Assembly: GCF_910592395.1 (NCBI RefSeq)
Contig: NC_088308.1
Location: 310,001-374,000, forward strand
DNA from: Lineus longissimus
Lineage: Eukaryota
Length of the DNA stretch: 64,000 nucleotides
Direction: 5' to 3'
The position numbers and the translations under genes are program-made. The notes beneath the pieces are model-generated. The model saw only the letters and a list, made by a program, of their open reading frames with translations, searched no databases and was not told the DNA's origin. Position 1 is the first letter of the stretch. The number at the start of each line of letters is the position of its first letter. Below, in pieces: positions 13,258 through 27,725 of the stretch.

Positions 13258-16200
13258 ATGGATCAGTCCTTCTTTTTGGTCGTCACTTCACTGATCTTTT
13301 TTCTTTCAACAGGTAAGTTTCATGTTTTCAAAAGTCCTTTACAATAACGAGTTCTGAGCTTATTATCACACGATATCATCAGGTGAACTTAGAAAATTGC
13401 GCTGAATATCCCGAGTCTAGAAGATGGGATTCAGCTGCTGTCGAGTTTGACGGTTCTTGGCGTTGTCGGTATACGGTATAGCATCGCAGCGGCCATTTTG
13501 TGTGGATCCACCATATCTTGATTTATATACCGTTATACACACAGTGTCCACTATGTGTAGCAGAATTAGATCAACTTGGGTGAGGTGCACTGTGATCTTC
13601 AATGGCAAGAGGGGAGCTAGGTTATGGATGGCGTACCTCTGATAGTTTAGAATGGCACTAGTCACCCGTTTCGTAACAGCGCTTCCTGCTGGCAAGATAC
13701 TAAGTTACTTCTATCATGTTTATACTAAGACAGACTTACCATCAGCCAGCCCCGTATCACTAGGTCATCTTGACTACATACAGAGCATCATTAATCAATC
13801 TGGGGATCACGTCAGCTTCGTGATTTGTTCACTGATCTGGTTTTAGATTGATTGGTACCTCATTTCCTGACTATATCAAAATGGAAATATGCATCAGTTT
13901 TCATTAACATTTAAATGGTGATTCATGTAAGGAAGCTGAAAACGCATGTCAAACAAGAAACACAATATTGTCCAAAGTGCTGTTGGTGATTGTTGGTCTT
14001 GGCTAAAGGAAGATTCCTTTCTCAGTTCTGCGCCATGGCAACTCATCCGAAATGGCGGCCATGGTTGCCATTTTTGATTATGAGGTTATTTTTCATTATA
14101 TAACTCGACATGACTTTCACAAATTGTTGACAATAATCGCCTCTACTATTAAAGAAAGGCTCCTAGGAGTTTTAATGACGTTGTTATTGCTGCAAACTCT
14201 CTATCTTTTTCGTTAAATCGTTAGAACTGTGCTCGCATTATTGCAAAGGGACACTCACTCACCTACTCCTGCAACTTGACATTTCTCTCACAGCTGTGCC
14301 CACAATGCCTGGGTCAATAACTTAGGGCCATCCGGTGTATCCAATGTCTTTAAGAAATTCATACATTTTGCATCTCAATACGACTCCAGTTGGATAATCC
14401 CAAACTAGAATGCATGTACTCAAAGAAAAAGAAAAGAATAAGATTACTGCCTACGATCTCAGCTAATCTCAGAGCAGTCATATGCTAACAGCTATTTCAG
14501 CGTCAGTGTGTCATCAATCGTGGAATAATTAGATCGCTTTTTTGTTCGCTAACAAAGGCTAAAAAGGATATAATCGCTTCTTCATCTCTATTTCGTTACC
14601 TGCTATATATATATATATATTCTTTTCATTTATGTATGTCGCTTATGGCCATTGGGGTAGACCATGTTCAGAGGATTGTGGGGGTGAAGTCGGGGAGGGG
14701 AGAGGGCAGAAAGAAAACTGCATCCAGTAAGCCTATTTCAACATTTCTCCTGTTCTTTCCGTGTCCGACAATAATTATTTTCATTACAGGATCGAACAGC
14801 GACACAAACTTTCTTGTAAAAGAAACCTCTCGATATATAAGATAAGGGATGAGGTTTATGTAGATAGCTCATACACTTTGCTGAGTTCCTATTCGACGTA
14901 TCAGCTCGAAAACTTATCAAATGTAACTTATTTTAAATTTTTTATCTTGGAACCTGGGAAAGATGCAGTTTTTCTTCAACGCTATACCCGGATCATGAAA
15001 AGTTATTACACAATTCTCTGAAAAGATCCTGAGAAGCGAAGCAAAGAGCTTTATTGCTAAGATATCAGTCTTCTTCCTCACTTAAGATTAGATTTAGCAA
15101 AATGCACACTCATTGAAAATGCCTCACTTAATTTATCGGCTTTATTTCGAGTTGGCATTTGATAATAAGTGTAATTGACAGGTACCACTTAAGGGAGGCA
15201 CAGACGCTATCGTAATGGAATTTGCACTTTTACAGCTCAGTGCCCTGTTTCTCAGTCAGCGTTAGAGGCAAACGCCAGCGTTAGTTCAACTCATCGACGT
15301 AATACCAACGTTACTCCTAACGCTGATTGAGCAGTCAGGCAGAGAACTAAGAGCAAGATGGGGAAAAACTCGAGATATTGCCTTCTAATAGGCAACTGTA
15401 CGTATCAATGAGGTATGGCGACCTTTCAGTGTTATGCACGCAGCTTGTAACCAAAATCCCAATCCGCAGGCGAAGAAGGTGGCATTATTCTCTCTGTGCA
15501 GTGTCAAATAGGCTATGACAGATAAAAAATTCTGTGATGTTAACTTAAACTCGGCACAAATTGCTAGGCTGATGGAGTGCTGCGTGCAACGGCTGCTGTG
15601 GAGTGCTATTTTTATTAGCTAAGTCAGGAAGTAGATGGTGTTCTTCAACTCTGTCGTAGAGGGTAAACGTGGATTGGAGTCATCCACCCCAGCCTGATGT
15701 CTTGACTTGCATTTGGTTCCGTTTGAGAAAGGTGATACAACACGATGTGATAAAAGTTGAAAAGAAAAATAACTGTGACATTTCGATGATCGGATCTGTA
15801 TTAAACATGTCGATGTCTATGAGACCGATCGACAATCTTATCATGGAGCCGTCGAAAACGGGATGAAATCTTAGCGCAATTGGGGATTTTTTTCTCTGTA
15901 AACGTTTTGCAGAGTCTAAGCGTTCATTATACTCCATCAGGGGCATTAAGAGGCCATGACTGCAAGGGTAAAAAACTTGATTGCTAGAAAGATTGATGAA
16001 AAAACACTAGATATGCATTTGTCCTCCTACTGGGGAATATTCAATCGACTATTATCATCCTCGTCGCCCAGACGCAAAAACGTCAAAGCCGCTGCATTAT
16101 ACCTGCAATGACCAAGTGTAGCTGTCCTCAGGGAGCCATTCATCATCTCGTGATCTCCCAGTCTCGGAGCGCTGTGATATCAATCCTTGGTTGCAGATCA

Positions 16201-18479
16201 TGAATAAGGTTCATGCCAAGTAAATCGGTGATTAGGAAGAACAAGAACATTGGAAGTCACGTAGTGGGATAATTAAAAATTTTCGACTCATTCAGAATTT
16301 ATTTTGCTTCAGAGGAGCATAGTTTTGACCACGATCATGACTACCCTCTTATTGATATTTCATTTTCATCCTGCTCTTCCTCTTATAGTTATTATCAGCT
16401 CATTATGTAGCAATTCGCTATTCCTGCCTCATAGAGTACGCTGGAAAACAAGAGTTTCACGTATCTCTGCGTTCCTCTTCAGCTGCCTGATCTATTGTAC
16501 TGAAACACTGATTATAGGGAACATTAAAAACTGTTTCACCTCTACCCTATCATGGAACATCAAAGGTGATGCAGAGTAAAGACATGATAGACGAAGTCCT
16601 TCATCGGCTTCCCATTGCATGATACGCTTATGAATTCTTCAATCCTCGTCAGAGACAATGAAACAAATTGCTTCATCGAAGATTATATTTGGCGGCCAAA
16701 CATTTTTTACTGAGATAACTACTCTGACGAATGTTCTGCTCCGCTCCCGTTTGCAAATTCTCCATTAGTCGCTGCAAAGTAAATTGGTTATGGATTTGGT
16801 GACTATCCCTGGTTGATAAAAAATAGTTCCACTGAAAACTGCAGAGGAAAGTTAATCATTCCATGCACTGCATATCAAAATTAATCTCGTCAAATGCGGT
16901 TTGAACAAAGTTTTTGAATGAGACGATATAGTTTTCCTTTGACGAAATATTTTTGTAATGATGCACAGGTAGGCACGCATAACGGCAATACGACCGTGAG
17001 AAACCATGTGTTTCACCACATTGATTCATTCGCATAACCAATCCGTCCATTAGTGGCTCGTAAATACGAGTTATAGCGGCATTATTTTGTCAATAGAGGC
17101 TATGATATGTAGGAAGATACTGTAATCCATTATATTATCTGACATGAAGATTCTGAGCTACCGGTATTTCCAATATAGAACTATAATCACATTCCGGATA
17201 GGATTCATAGCCATCCTGCTCTGGCTTCACGTCCGTAGGCGAATGCATACTGAACAAACACTCATTAGAACAAAAAATGCATTCCTGATCCCAGAAACTC
17301 ACTGTAACTGCTGTTTGAAAAGAAGGCCTTCAAATAAAAAGGAAACATATTACACGTTCACCAACAAAGTTGTATTTTAATCATTGGAAGAGTCGATCGA
17401 CATTAAAATTTGGGCTATATACGTCTTGACTATATATAAAATTTGGGCTATATACGAAAATGATTGTAGGTGTCAGGCACGGATCCAGAAGGTTGGAATA
17501 TGCGGCGTGATGTGAAATATCATCACCAAAACGTGATTCAGATAAGGAGGGTGTAAATTACTAACCTTATCACATCACCATCACCGTTTGTTGCGATCTT
17601 GATGAGTTAGGATGATTGTCCTGCAGGGTTGTCATACAGTCCCCCAATCTTCTTTTGAGCTCACATCAAAGACACGGGTGTGTGCCGGTAATCACAGCAT
17701 ATTATCAGGCTGTCATCTCATTTCTTGACACTGACCTCTTGTTGCCGAGTTTGGCAACCATTTTGAACCTGACGAGAATACCCTTGTTTATATTGGTGCG
17801 GAATGGGACGGGCGATGCATAGAATACGATTTGGATTTTCAGTTTAATCTATAATTTGCCGGCACATTATTTACGAATGGACCAGGTATTGATCAAATTT
17901 CAACAATTCATTACACTTTTTTCGCTTCAGTTGAAGGTTTGGTCTGTAAGGTGTGCTCCTATTACTACCGCAAGGGGGACGACCGTTCCTGCCATACCAG
18001 TGTGCACATGCTTCCGTCCGTTGTCTGTCCGTCTCCAGATCATCGATATTGCACCAAAGAGATTGTGCGATTAGCAGGTAGACCTCAGTGTAGTCCCATG
18101 TCCAGAAAATCAGAATGCCCTTGCTTTATCGTACGTACGCAAACCTACAAAACTGCTTAACGAATGGTGTTCTGATATTATTCTCAAGTTGTTCTGCTGT
18201 GTCACAACAATTCTTCCTAACTGGCACATTATGTTCCCATCTACATTTGTCTATTTCATTTCAGACTTGTACAGGAGGATAAGCAGAAACTGCAGCCGAA
18301 CCGACCCCGGGAATTACTGTATAGACGACAAATTGGATGGCAATCATGTAATACGATGTATGTTGTCATGTGATCATGATGAGTGCAATTCGGCAGTGAA
18401 TAACACGAAGACAATCAATTGGTTGATTATCCTATTGACAATATTTGCAATAGTAAGGATTTGTATCGCACAGAGATGA
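13258..18479 (+). CDS. Ly6/uPAR (three-finger) GPI-anchored protein, quiver/sleepless-like, 138 aa, 3 coding exons
   Basis: Exons 13258-13312 (signal peptide MDQSFFLVVTSLIFFLST, G|gtaagt), 17931-18077 (VEG-LVCKVC...SC...VC...YCTK) and 18265-18479 (RNC...YC...RCMLSCDHDECNSA plus hydrophobic tail). Both introns are phase 1, there are 10 Cys, and the domain ends in the CxxxxCN LU motif. Linking exon 1 across the 4.6-kb intron is inferred from phase and signal-peptide character. Confidence 0.85.
15241..15341. mobile_element. Small MITE-like element with ~28-bp imperfect terminal inverted repeats (in Ly6 intron 1)
   Basis: Left end TGCCCTGTTTCTCAGTCAGCGTTAGAG versus reverse complement of the right end TGCCTGACTGCTCAATCAGCGTTAGGAG. 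Confidence 0.5.
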
Positions 18480-19689
18480 TAAAAGGGTTGGCTGTTGTGT
18501 TTATCTTCCTGTTCTAAATCAAAGGATATTACAGCGAATAAGGTAACCGGTGAAAAAGATGAGTATTCTCATCGAAAGATGGAAACCCGATAAACTATGA
18601 TGATCGAATGAGAATATGAGGGACTTCGACACCACTGAAGAGATGATGCAATGGGTATTCAGATACCCTCGTCAAATGATTTGAAGCAAGTGACATCTCG
18701 TGTTAGATACTGGAACTAGCATTACGTTAAAAAGGTTGTTATTGGAACAAGATAGTGGTTGTTTGGATTCAGGTTCATGACGGGCTGCGCGAGCTGAGTT
18801 TACACTTAACTAACGGTGTGCTTTTCTTTGCCATCCTCACTATCAAGATGAGAGCAGCTGCTCAGCAAGCTAAAACATTCAATGAGGGCTTAGGCCTCTC
18901 TGTTACGTAACGCGGTGTAATTTCGAGGTCACCATTTAAAAACCACCCGTTGGCATTGATGTTCCAGCATTCAAGACTTGCTAATATTCAATACGTCTTT
19001 CTGACGTAGGTCCTACGAAGGGAATACGTTGAGGCCTTTAATGAAGATGTATTGCATATATTTTGTACCTATACACATACATATATCCTCCCTGTTTGTA
19101 AAGTTTTTCATAAGATCTATCCTGGTGTGGAAAGCGTTGAAGGAGTAGGCAGTTAATGGAAACAATAAAGAACAGCTTTGCCCGATGTTTATGTCGAGAA
19201 AGGACATCATGATATTAAGACGACACTTGCAATGACTTATCGTCTGCACTCGGCCGGGCGGGGCGAGAAGCTTGCTGTTACCAAGTGTCGCTGAAATAAC
19301 GCGTTTTTCTAGTATCTAAGAGTTGAAACCAACGCCTACTCCTTTGATATATAAGATAGCTAATAATACTAGTGGTTCTGGTCTCATAGTGTCTGGTTGA
19401 TATAGACTGATGAAGAACATGCCTTGAAGAACGTTCTCTACCCGGAATGGCCGAGACTGCCTTGATGAATGTTATCCAGGGTGACATGTAACGTCAACTA
19501 GGTTCACAACTGCAAATGCTTAGAAATGATTAGAAGAACTAATAAAATATTTATAAGAAAAGGTGTTCTTGTGTTGTTGCGTATTCTTCATCATCTTCAG
19601 TGTTCGGAGTTGTCATGATGCAGTGAGCTTGTCGGTCGAAGGCTAGCCAACTGTGCTGTCACTGAGCACTAGAGTTTTCTGATCAAATA

Positions 19690-20470
19690 AGCCAACTGTC
19701 ACCAATATTTAGACAAATCCGTAGCCAGAATCAGCATCTTTAACGGTGGTCACGTACTGCTTGCTCAGCCCTTTCTCCAGAAGCTTGCCTTGGCGGTGTG
19801 ACAGAATCTAAGATCAACTGCCTGGACCTTAATGGTCACCAACGTATAGACAAACCCAAAGCCAGAATAATCACCTCTATTAGTGGTCATATAGCGCCCT
19901 GTCATCCTCTCGATCATAAGCATGACAGGTCAAACAAGTTCGATCTAAGAACAACTGTATACTTCATTGGTCACCGCAATGAGACTTAAGCCAAAGTCAC
20001 ATTCAGAATCTATGACAGTAGTCATACATTACCTTGGTGGTCATGCTTTCCTCCACGCTAGGATGGCAAGGGCCTACAGCTACTGTCTGTACTTCATTGG
20101 TCACCGTAATGAGACTTAAGCCAAAGTCAAAATCAGCATCTATGAAAGTGATCACAGACTACCAGGGTTGTCATCCTTTCCTCCACGCTGGGATGGCTAG
20201 ATCCTACAGCAACGGCCAGCACTTCACTGGTCACCGATATTTGGCCTATGCAAAGTCGAATTCAGCATCTATGAGAGTGGTCACGCACTACCTGGGTTGT
20301 CCTCCACCCAGCGACAGCACGATCCAACTGCATAACCGACTGTACTGGTCACCAATATTTGGCCTAGGCAAACTCAAACTCAGAATCTACGACACTGCCT
20401 CCCTCTCAGCTCATCTCCAACAAGCACGACAAGCCGGGATGACAAGATCTACCGAGCAACTGCTTCGTTA
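19690..20470. repeat. Degenerate ~130-bp tandem repeat, ~6 copies
   Basis: GGTCACC anchors recur at ~19835, 19969, 20099, 20229 and 20347, each followed by ...AAAGTC..ATTCAG(C/A)ATCTATGA..GT.GTCAC-like sequence. The copies at 19962 and 20092 share CTTCATTGGTCACCG.AATGAGACTTAAGCCAAAGTCA. Confidence 0.85.
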
Positions 20471-22467
20471 CCATGGATAAGCCTCGCCACCATCAGATAG
20501 AAGCCCTGCTGACCAATCCTTTCCCAGTACAGCTCTGTCTTTGCCATGGCAACCAGTTGTTGGGCTTAGTGATGGATGCTGTGTTTCATTTTTCTATTCG
20601 CTGGTGGAATGCCACACATTGTGCTACAAATGCGTAGAATCGAAATACACCGCACGATCGATGTAAACAAGGTAAAGTAATCATCTGTTCTTGGCGAACA
20701 AAACACCCACAAGGTTGCTAAGTGTTCTTAAAACAGTGTTCATGGATTTGCTCTAATCCGCAAGGATGTAGAAACGGGATGCGTTTCTACAACGCAATAT
20801 AGGTTACTAGATTGTGTTGAAAGATGTCGTTTGAAGGCTATGCATTTGGACAGGAATCTTGTTAGACTGAAGGTATGTTGTATAACTCTGTGTGTCTTCT
20901 ACTAATGTTCAGTAGCGGAAATCATGCGCTGTGGTTTTGCCAGTAGGAATTGTCTGACGTGTGTAGATTCCCGAAAGAATGCCTGGGAAATTGTTGCGCT
21001 GTCGCTCGATCGGTGTAGGGAAGTTTATGCATAGATATGTATCGATATTCATCTTCCTAAGGTATGAATTTGGTGATACGTTGTTAGCGAATGAACGGAT
21101 TGTGTGCATTATTGCAAGAATCAGAGAGGTGTCCGTGTCGTACATGGAAAACTGGGTTGACACAGAGGTAAATATTGGCGAGATCATGACCCTAATGTCT
21201 TTAAAATCCTAGAAAAACGAACGTATGGTTCTGTTGGCGTCAGTGGCATAGCCTCGTCTCTTTGATTATCTCCTTGTGCTGCTAGCTTTAGTAAGACTGT
21301 AATGGGGTTGGGCAATGTACTAGTACGATTTTTTGGTATTCTATCAAAAAGTATCATGATGACATTTTATTAGTGATATCATGTAATGGTCAGAAATGTT
21401 CGTTTAGTTGCTATGGGAGACAAACCATCGCTTAAACACCAACACGTTATTGATCCTTACGAACATTGTCGGCTATTCTGATATTCCATAATTCAACCTG
21501 TGCCCACTTAAATGAATAATTCGGTGTCATATGAATTAGGACTGGTTTGATTATCTATGAAAGACAGATTCTGGCGTTGATTGTGTTCGATGGTCCACCA
21601 AACTTGGTTTCAATAAAATTGGGGAGTTTGGTATCAAGTACATGTAGATAAATATGCTATTCTGTTTAAGAAGCAAGACCTTTGGTTCATACTGTCATCA
21701 TCATCGACTATCTTTCCTATCATTGAGAATGAGCTTTGGTTTGATCTACAACCCACCTGCAGTAGCAGTCATATATTTAGATCTTGATAATTGATTCCCC
21801 GGGGCCATTGAACAATAACATAACGGTGTAAATATGATTATTGACATTCAATGATTCTGACTGTCATTGTCAGTACGCTACACACTAATGATACCGCCAT
21901 CCAATTTACTCTGCCAATCAACCGAAGGGTGTGTTATTTGCTCAGAGGAATGGCTGACTGATCAATCGAAAACGACACAGCATTTACTTTTGTAATCAGT
22001 CTTTACCTGCTGGAATAGTACAGTGTCTCGAAGAAATATATGTATTGATATATCGACAATATTCCATTTACCTACCTGAAGGCAGTTCTTAACTGTCAAT
22101 ATGAAACTCACTGAAATAAATGCCACTGGTATCCAAATGCCGGTGAAACATCTGTGGTTGTTTCCCATGTGTCAGTGTTTCCAAACAATAGGCAGCTAGA
22201 GAGACCATGACTTTTCAATAGGGGGAAACACAGAAAAACTTGTCAATCTATCTTTTAGCGTTCCCAAACAATGAGGGGAAACACTCAAAAATAGAAACAC
22301 TCAAAAACATTACACCGGTATTACACTATTGTGGGCACGGTGGATCGATACTACCCTTTATTCCTTCCACAGGTGGTGTTTTAAAGTGATGAATACTCAT
22401 TGTCATTTCTTCCACAGGTTATGTAACCGTACCCATGGCCAAATAGCGGCCCCCGTACCAGCAAGGC

Positions 22468-25400
22468 ATGGGGTATGAGCCAACTAGGTATTTGGTGCTA
22501 GCCGTCCTTCTCACCTCGTCCCAGTCATCACAATCAAAGGAACCCAAAACAAAGGAATGGACCAAAGAGATCTTCCCGAACCCTCATCGCCATGTCTACG
22601 ACTGTGGCCAGAGAGGCAGGAGGTCGAATGTCTGTGATCCGAACCATATCATTACTTATGACGAGGGTAACACTTTTATTATTTTATCGAACTAAATGAC
22701 AAAAACATCTTGGCAAAGCGCACAGTCTTTACATGCTATTTCTGGATTGTCCTTGAAAAGTCTAAAATATACAAGTAACCCAGGAGGGCAGGAAGCTTGG
22801 TACGCTTGAAGGCCTACCTGAGTAAACAAGATTCATGCTGAAAGAGAGGCCTTTGCCATGATACACAACATTGAAAACCAGCTAATTCAATTGTTTGCTG
22901 TCAAAACCACTTCATTTTTGATAAAGCTTATTCAGCTGTAGAGTGGTAGGAGATGTGTACCACTCCTCTCTCCGCCTCTACCATGCAGCATATGAGTTTA
23001 AGGCAGAAACACCTATGAGCTGTTCGTGACCTGGTGGTTGGTTTTTCAGTCGCTTCTTGTACATACTTTTGATAACAGCGGGAGACTTCCTACAACTTGT
23101 GGCTGTCATTCAATGATTCGATTAAAACTTGCGAGCAACGTTATTTTGATTAGATATACGATCGAATACATTCTCTTGGTTGCTCTACCATGTGTCCACA
23201 TGCTCGTCAGACCGCTTCCTAATTGGCCAATGAATCGCGGTATTCGCTATTGATTAGCTTCTGCGGGTCCATCAAGGCTTGTGAGGCGCAGGTTGCAGTC
23301 AATCAGGCGGAAAGGGAAGCTGCCCTGAAAGCAATCGATGAATACAGCGACATACTGCTTTCAACATGTTTCAAATATCGCGTGTTATTTTAAGATTCTT
23401 TCAAAACGGCACCTGGGCTGTACGGTAGGTGCAGTACCTTGAAGCCCAATCAGTGAATTTTATCTGTCTAATCGAAACGCTGTCTTTAAAGAATAGATTA
23501 CGTAGTTTGAAGTCGTTGCTTTAGAGGCAGGCACTGGTATAAGTAAAGCCACAGAAGTCTTAGGTCCGGTCTGGAACTAATGACCGGGGTAGCCAAGGTG
23601 TTAGCCTGTGACAGAAAGACTCAGTTGTCCTTGTTGACAACAGACACGATGAAACACGAACGCATGGAACTTATGGATTGTGGGCACATCTGTTTGCTGT
23701 CTTCACCAGGGTTTCTTCGCATCCGGAACAAGTGGTCTCACCTGTCTTATATAGCATCTACCATGTATTTAAAACAGGCATCGTGCAAGAGAAAGATGAC
23801 ATGACATGACGTGTTAGCCTACTGCTTTATGCATTATTCATGTTGGTGGTATTGCTATCGCTATATGATCAATATCCCAATGAAATCTGGAATCTGGAAG
23901 ACTTTGTGATATTATGATTCATTGTGCTGTGTTAACCAATTCCCTGTTGCCATAAATATTGAGATGCTATGCCACGAAGTTTTTCGAGAGTTATATATTT
24001 CAACTTCTTTCATTTATATCTCGATTTTACAGCTGTCACCCTTGACAAAATGATCGACCGCCTGAAAGAGCTTCCCTGTCCATGCGACGTGTGTCCTGGA
24101 GGTAAACGGGGCGGGTACAGCATCGGTATTGCACTTGTGCCAATGCTTAAGTTGACAGCAGAATATGATGGGTAAGTGAAACATCGGTAAAATCATCGTA
24201 TAAAAGTTGTGGATTACCTTCTTACCTTACGTCCCTTGGCGGTAGTTGGAGACACCTTAGAGACTACATAACTGAGTCAAAGGAGCCTGGTCTTCAGCAA
24301 TCCGACAAAACGTTAAACCTTTATCTCCCGTTTTCCATTGTCCCGGGCTACGTCTTCATTCGTACCTAATATAAGGTTTAGTTTCTAAACTGTACACTGT
24401 TTTCAATCTTATCAAAAGGGTTCGCGTCCGAAACATATAGGTCTTAGGTGCCACCAATGAACTTCGAAAGGCCCAAATTTATGTTAACCCCCAGTTGGTC
24501 AATAATTTGCGGACGAACTCTATCTGATATTGATCTTCTCTCTGTTCAGGTCGGTGATCACCCCGAAGCAGCTGATGCTGCAGATAGAGCAGTTCGCGGT
24601 CTACCTTAGAGATAAGAAGTGGAACTTTGGCATTTGTAACAACGATATCATTATCCTTATCGTCGATGAACTAGACATTGTAAGTTTGTCGATTTGTTAG
24701 TACTACTACTACTACTGCTACTGAAAAATACACATGTAAAGATACACCAAACAAAGAAATGTCACAATACACCCAAAATAACAAACTTGGCTAAGTCATT
24801 GGGAATACGTCTGGCAGATCTCTGGTCGTTGTGTAGTAGCATCAAGTGATGAGTTCTGGTTGGTGCCTCATCTTGGTTTACGAACTGAACGTCAACTTTT
24901 AGTATTTCATACCAAGCTTACTGCTACCATGATAGCTTCTCAACGTTAAACACCTCTATCGTCTGCAGGTTTTCATAACAACCGGATCAATAGCCAAAAA
25001 CAAAGTCACCAGCCTATGTCTTGATGAGTCCAATGCTAGGGTCAACGAGACATTCAAAGTGGGCAACTATACTCAGGCATTAAAGTTATTGCTCACAGAT
25101 TTTAAGTAAGTCTCGTTTCACCATTTTCATTGTAGAAGAAATTGCTTCGCACAAGTTTATGTTTTGAAGTGTATCCAATTGTCCATATAGTGTGAGGAAT
25201 GCTAGATTCACTCTCAGTGTTGTATACCCTTTGTCATGTAATGACCGGCTTATTCTGTCATTATTCTGTCAATAAACATGGCAGATCCACCACCCAAACT
25301 TTATGAGTTGACTATAAACATCAATCGCTAACAAGACGAGTAAAGCGTCTACTCCATACATTTCAGGTATTACTTCACAAAAGGTGGCAATTGCACTGTG

Positions 25401-25697
25401 GGATTCGGGGTCAAATCAGACTGGCCGATAGAAGCGATAGTCGGAGTGATCACAGGAACCCTGGTCTTTTTCATCGTGTGTTGTGTGACGCTGACGAGGT
25501 TTTGCTCGGGTGCTGGTGCATCTGGCGGCGGGAGCTCTCATAGGCATCATTACAGTGCGTACACTCGTACACAGAAGGAGCAGAGGGACGGCCTCGTTGA
25601 GGGGAAGACCATAGAGGGAGATGGGTTCATGATAGATGCTATGATTGATGCTAGGGAAGAAGCGGCAAGGGAGCGCACGCATGTTCATGCTGTATGA
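22468..25697 (+). CDS. MOLO-1-like (modulator of levamisole receptor / TPM-domain) type I membrane protein, 311 aa, 5 exons
   Basis: Exons 22468-22666, 24033-24171, 24550-24679, 24969-25105 and 25367-25697, all GT-AG with consistent phases (1,2,0,2). Signal peptide, WTKEIFPNP...CG...SNVCDPNHII, CPCDVC, SIGIALV, FAVYLRDKKWNFGICNNDIIILI, a single TM segment (IEAIVGVITGTLVFFIVCCVTL) and a cytoplasmic tail. Confidence 0.85.
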
Positions 25698-26856
25698 TAC
25701 AGCTTGGGGGGAAATGATTACATGAAGGAAAGAGGCTTCTCTCATTAGAGTTGTCACAGGGCCCAAGCGATAGGCCGTGTTCCGGTAACAATAGACCAGC
25801 TCGATCCTTTGTAGGCTGGGGAAACTGACGGGTGTGAGCAGTGCATTTCACCTCTCCAGAATTCGTTTGGGGAAAGATCGGAACAGCCAGTCTATTGTGG
25901 CTCGGAATCGGTATCATTGATCGGGTACCGTAGTTGTAGGCCTATTACATGATTAAGTCAACGCTTAAACAGGTGTTACAGCTGTCGTGACGGGTGAAAA
26001 GCCTTGCAGTCGTTTTGAAAGTCGACCTACATTGGGTTGGCTATAGAGCTACTGCAATTGATACAAAACATCCTCGGATTGGCATGATCCTAAAAGTATT
26101 CAACCCGGCTATTTTTCGAAAAAGAACTATTCTCACGGAGCTTATTCTTTCATTTCATTCGTAAACCAATTTAAAGGTAGTGCGCTGTATCTTACTGTAT
26201 GCTCCTTCTGTGTATGTGAAAATGTGCTATGTTTCATCTTTATCCATTAGTGTGAACAGATCGAAGTACATGTCCGCGCTATATTTGTCAGTCTTGAAGA
26301 AGTGAATGTCGTGTCTGTGTGCCTAAACTCCAGGTAAAAGCCGTGCAAAGCACCCTGGCTTATCAGGAAAACTTAATCAACCACCGTTGAAATTGATATC
26401 TGATGATAGTCCCGGCCACCTGTTGATGGTTCTACTCATTATCTTTGGCACGGATGCTCTCTGTTCCCAATAAATCGAACTCATGTGATCTATGGCCATT
26501 TTGCCTATTCGTAGTTCTTTTCTTAAAGTGTCAACAACTTGTGCATGAGGTATGTTGGTTTTTCATGAAAAAAATCGCTTCCAGTCGGACCATGATTTCT
26601 CCAAACGGGATGATAGAAAAATCGTTGAACTGCTATAAACAATGTACTAGGAGCCGTAGGCCTGTCTGAAATTCAAATGCCAAGCCCCAATCCGCCTCGC
26701 AACATTGACAAAAATCAGTCACACCGAAGTTGTCCCTTCCGATAGAATTACCATTCGGCAGTTCGGATCAGGAAATGTCTTCATTCGCCGAAACCACCCA
26801 TGTACGCCCATAGATAGAGTGGAAGGGAAAACACCGTTCAATGCCAGGATTTGAAA

Positions 26857-26943
26857 CTAGTAACTGATTCGGCGAAACGGTTCAAGAGTTGAGGTAAAGC
26901 TAGTAACTGATTCGGCGAAACGGTTCAAGAGTTGAGGTAAAGC
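26857..26943. repeat. 43-bp perfect tandem duplication
   Basis: CTAGTAACTGATTCGGCGAAACGGTTCAAGAGTTGAGGTAAAG occurs at 26857 and 26900. Confidence 0.9.
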
Positions 26944-27189
26944 TTGATGTCTGAAGTGAGACAAAAATATATTCTGCCCAGCTGTAAAACCTAGGTCAAC
27001 TTTCGTAATCAAAAGGAAAGAACAGGACTTAGTTTCTTTTGCACACACTGTATTTGCAATATATTGATCCATCTCTGGGCATTGTGTGCTCGGCATTGTG
27101 TGCTCGGCATTGTGTGATGGGCAGCCTGCCAGCTGTGCAACGCGTCCGACTCTCCGAGTCGTTTCTCGGTTTGGTTTCGTAGAATCGGA

Positions 27190-27330
27190 TTCCGGAAGTT
27201 AGGTCTGAATTTAGATGTACTTTATATCATTCATCGTCGACAGTGATAAACGTCCTGGGCTTTGTAGTCTGTTTCTGTTGATCACGAAGACCATACATAA
27301 AACTGAACGCCTAGTGTTTTTCGGCAGAAT
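27190..27330 (+). promoter_or_regulatory. Probable promoter and non-coding first exon of the exonuclease gene
   Basis: ETS-type CCGGAAGT at ~27193, donor AAT|GTAAGT after 27330, and acceptor TTCTCTTCCTAG|G immediately before the ATG at 27726. Confidence 0.5.
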
Positions 27331-27725
27331 GTAAGTTCGTCGTTGTGAAATCGTTCACGCTAGTTGGAGAGTAAATTTGAAGATTATGCATAACTTTAGG
27401 CCTTTTGAGATATTCGAATCAGTTTGCAGGTATAGGTGATATTTTTGCGAACTGAACGCCGTGTAAAGTAATTTCATTAAACATGTTAGAAGAAGTTTTA
27501 CCATTAAAGTGTTAACTTAATACTTGGTTGGCATGAGATTCAGAGAGCACTGTAAAAACAAACTTTAGAATTTGTCATGATACCGTTCGACTTTTAGAGG
27601 CATTTTCTTCACCCTGAAGATATCGATGCTCACTGGCGGCCCCAAGATGTTTGATCAGATTGGCAAGATCATAAAGCGCGTGGTCCGAAAGCTGTCATTA
27701 CCGCCGTTCATATTCTCTTCCTAGG

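Noticed and set aside
20034..20480. 148-aa ORF
   Set aside because: It lies in the degenerate 130-bp repeat, has a non-ATG start, and shows no domain or splice support.
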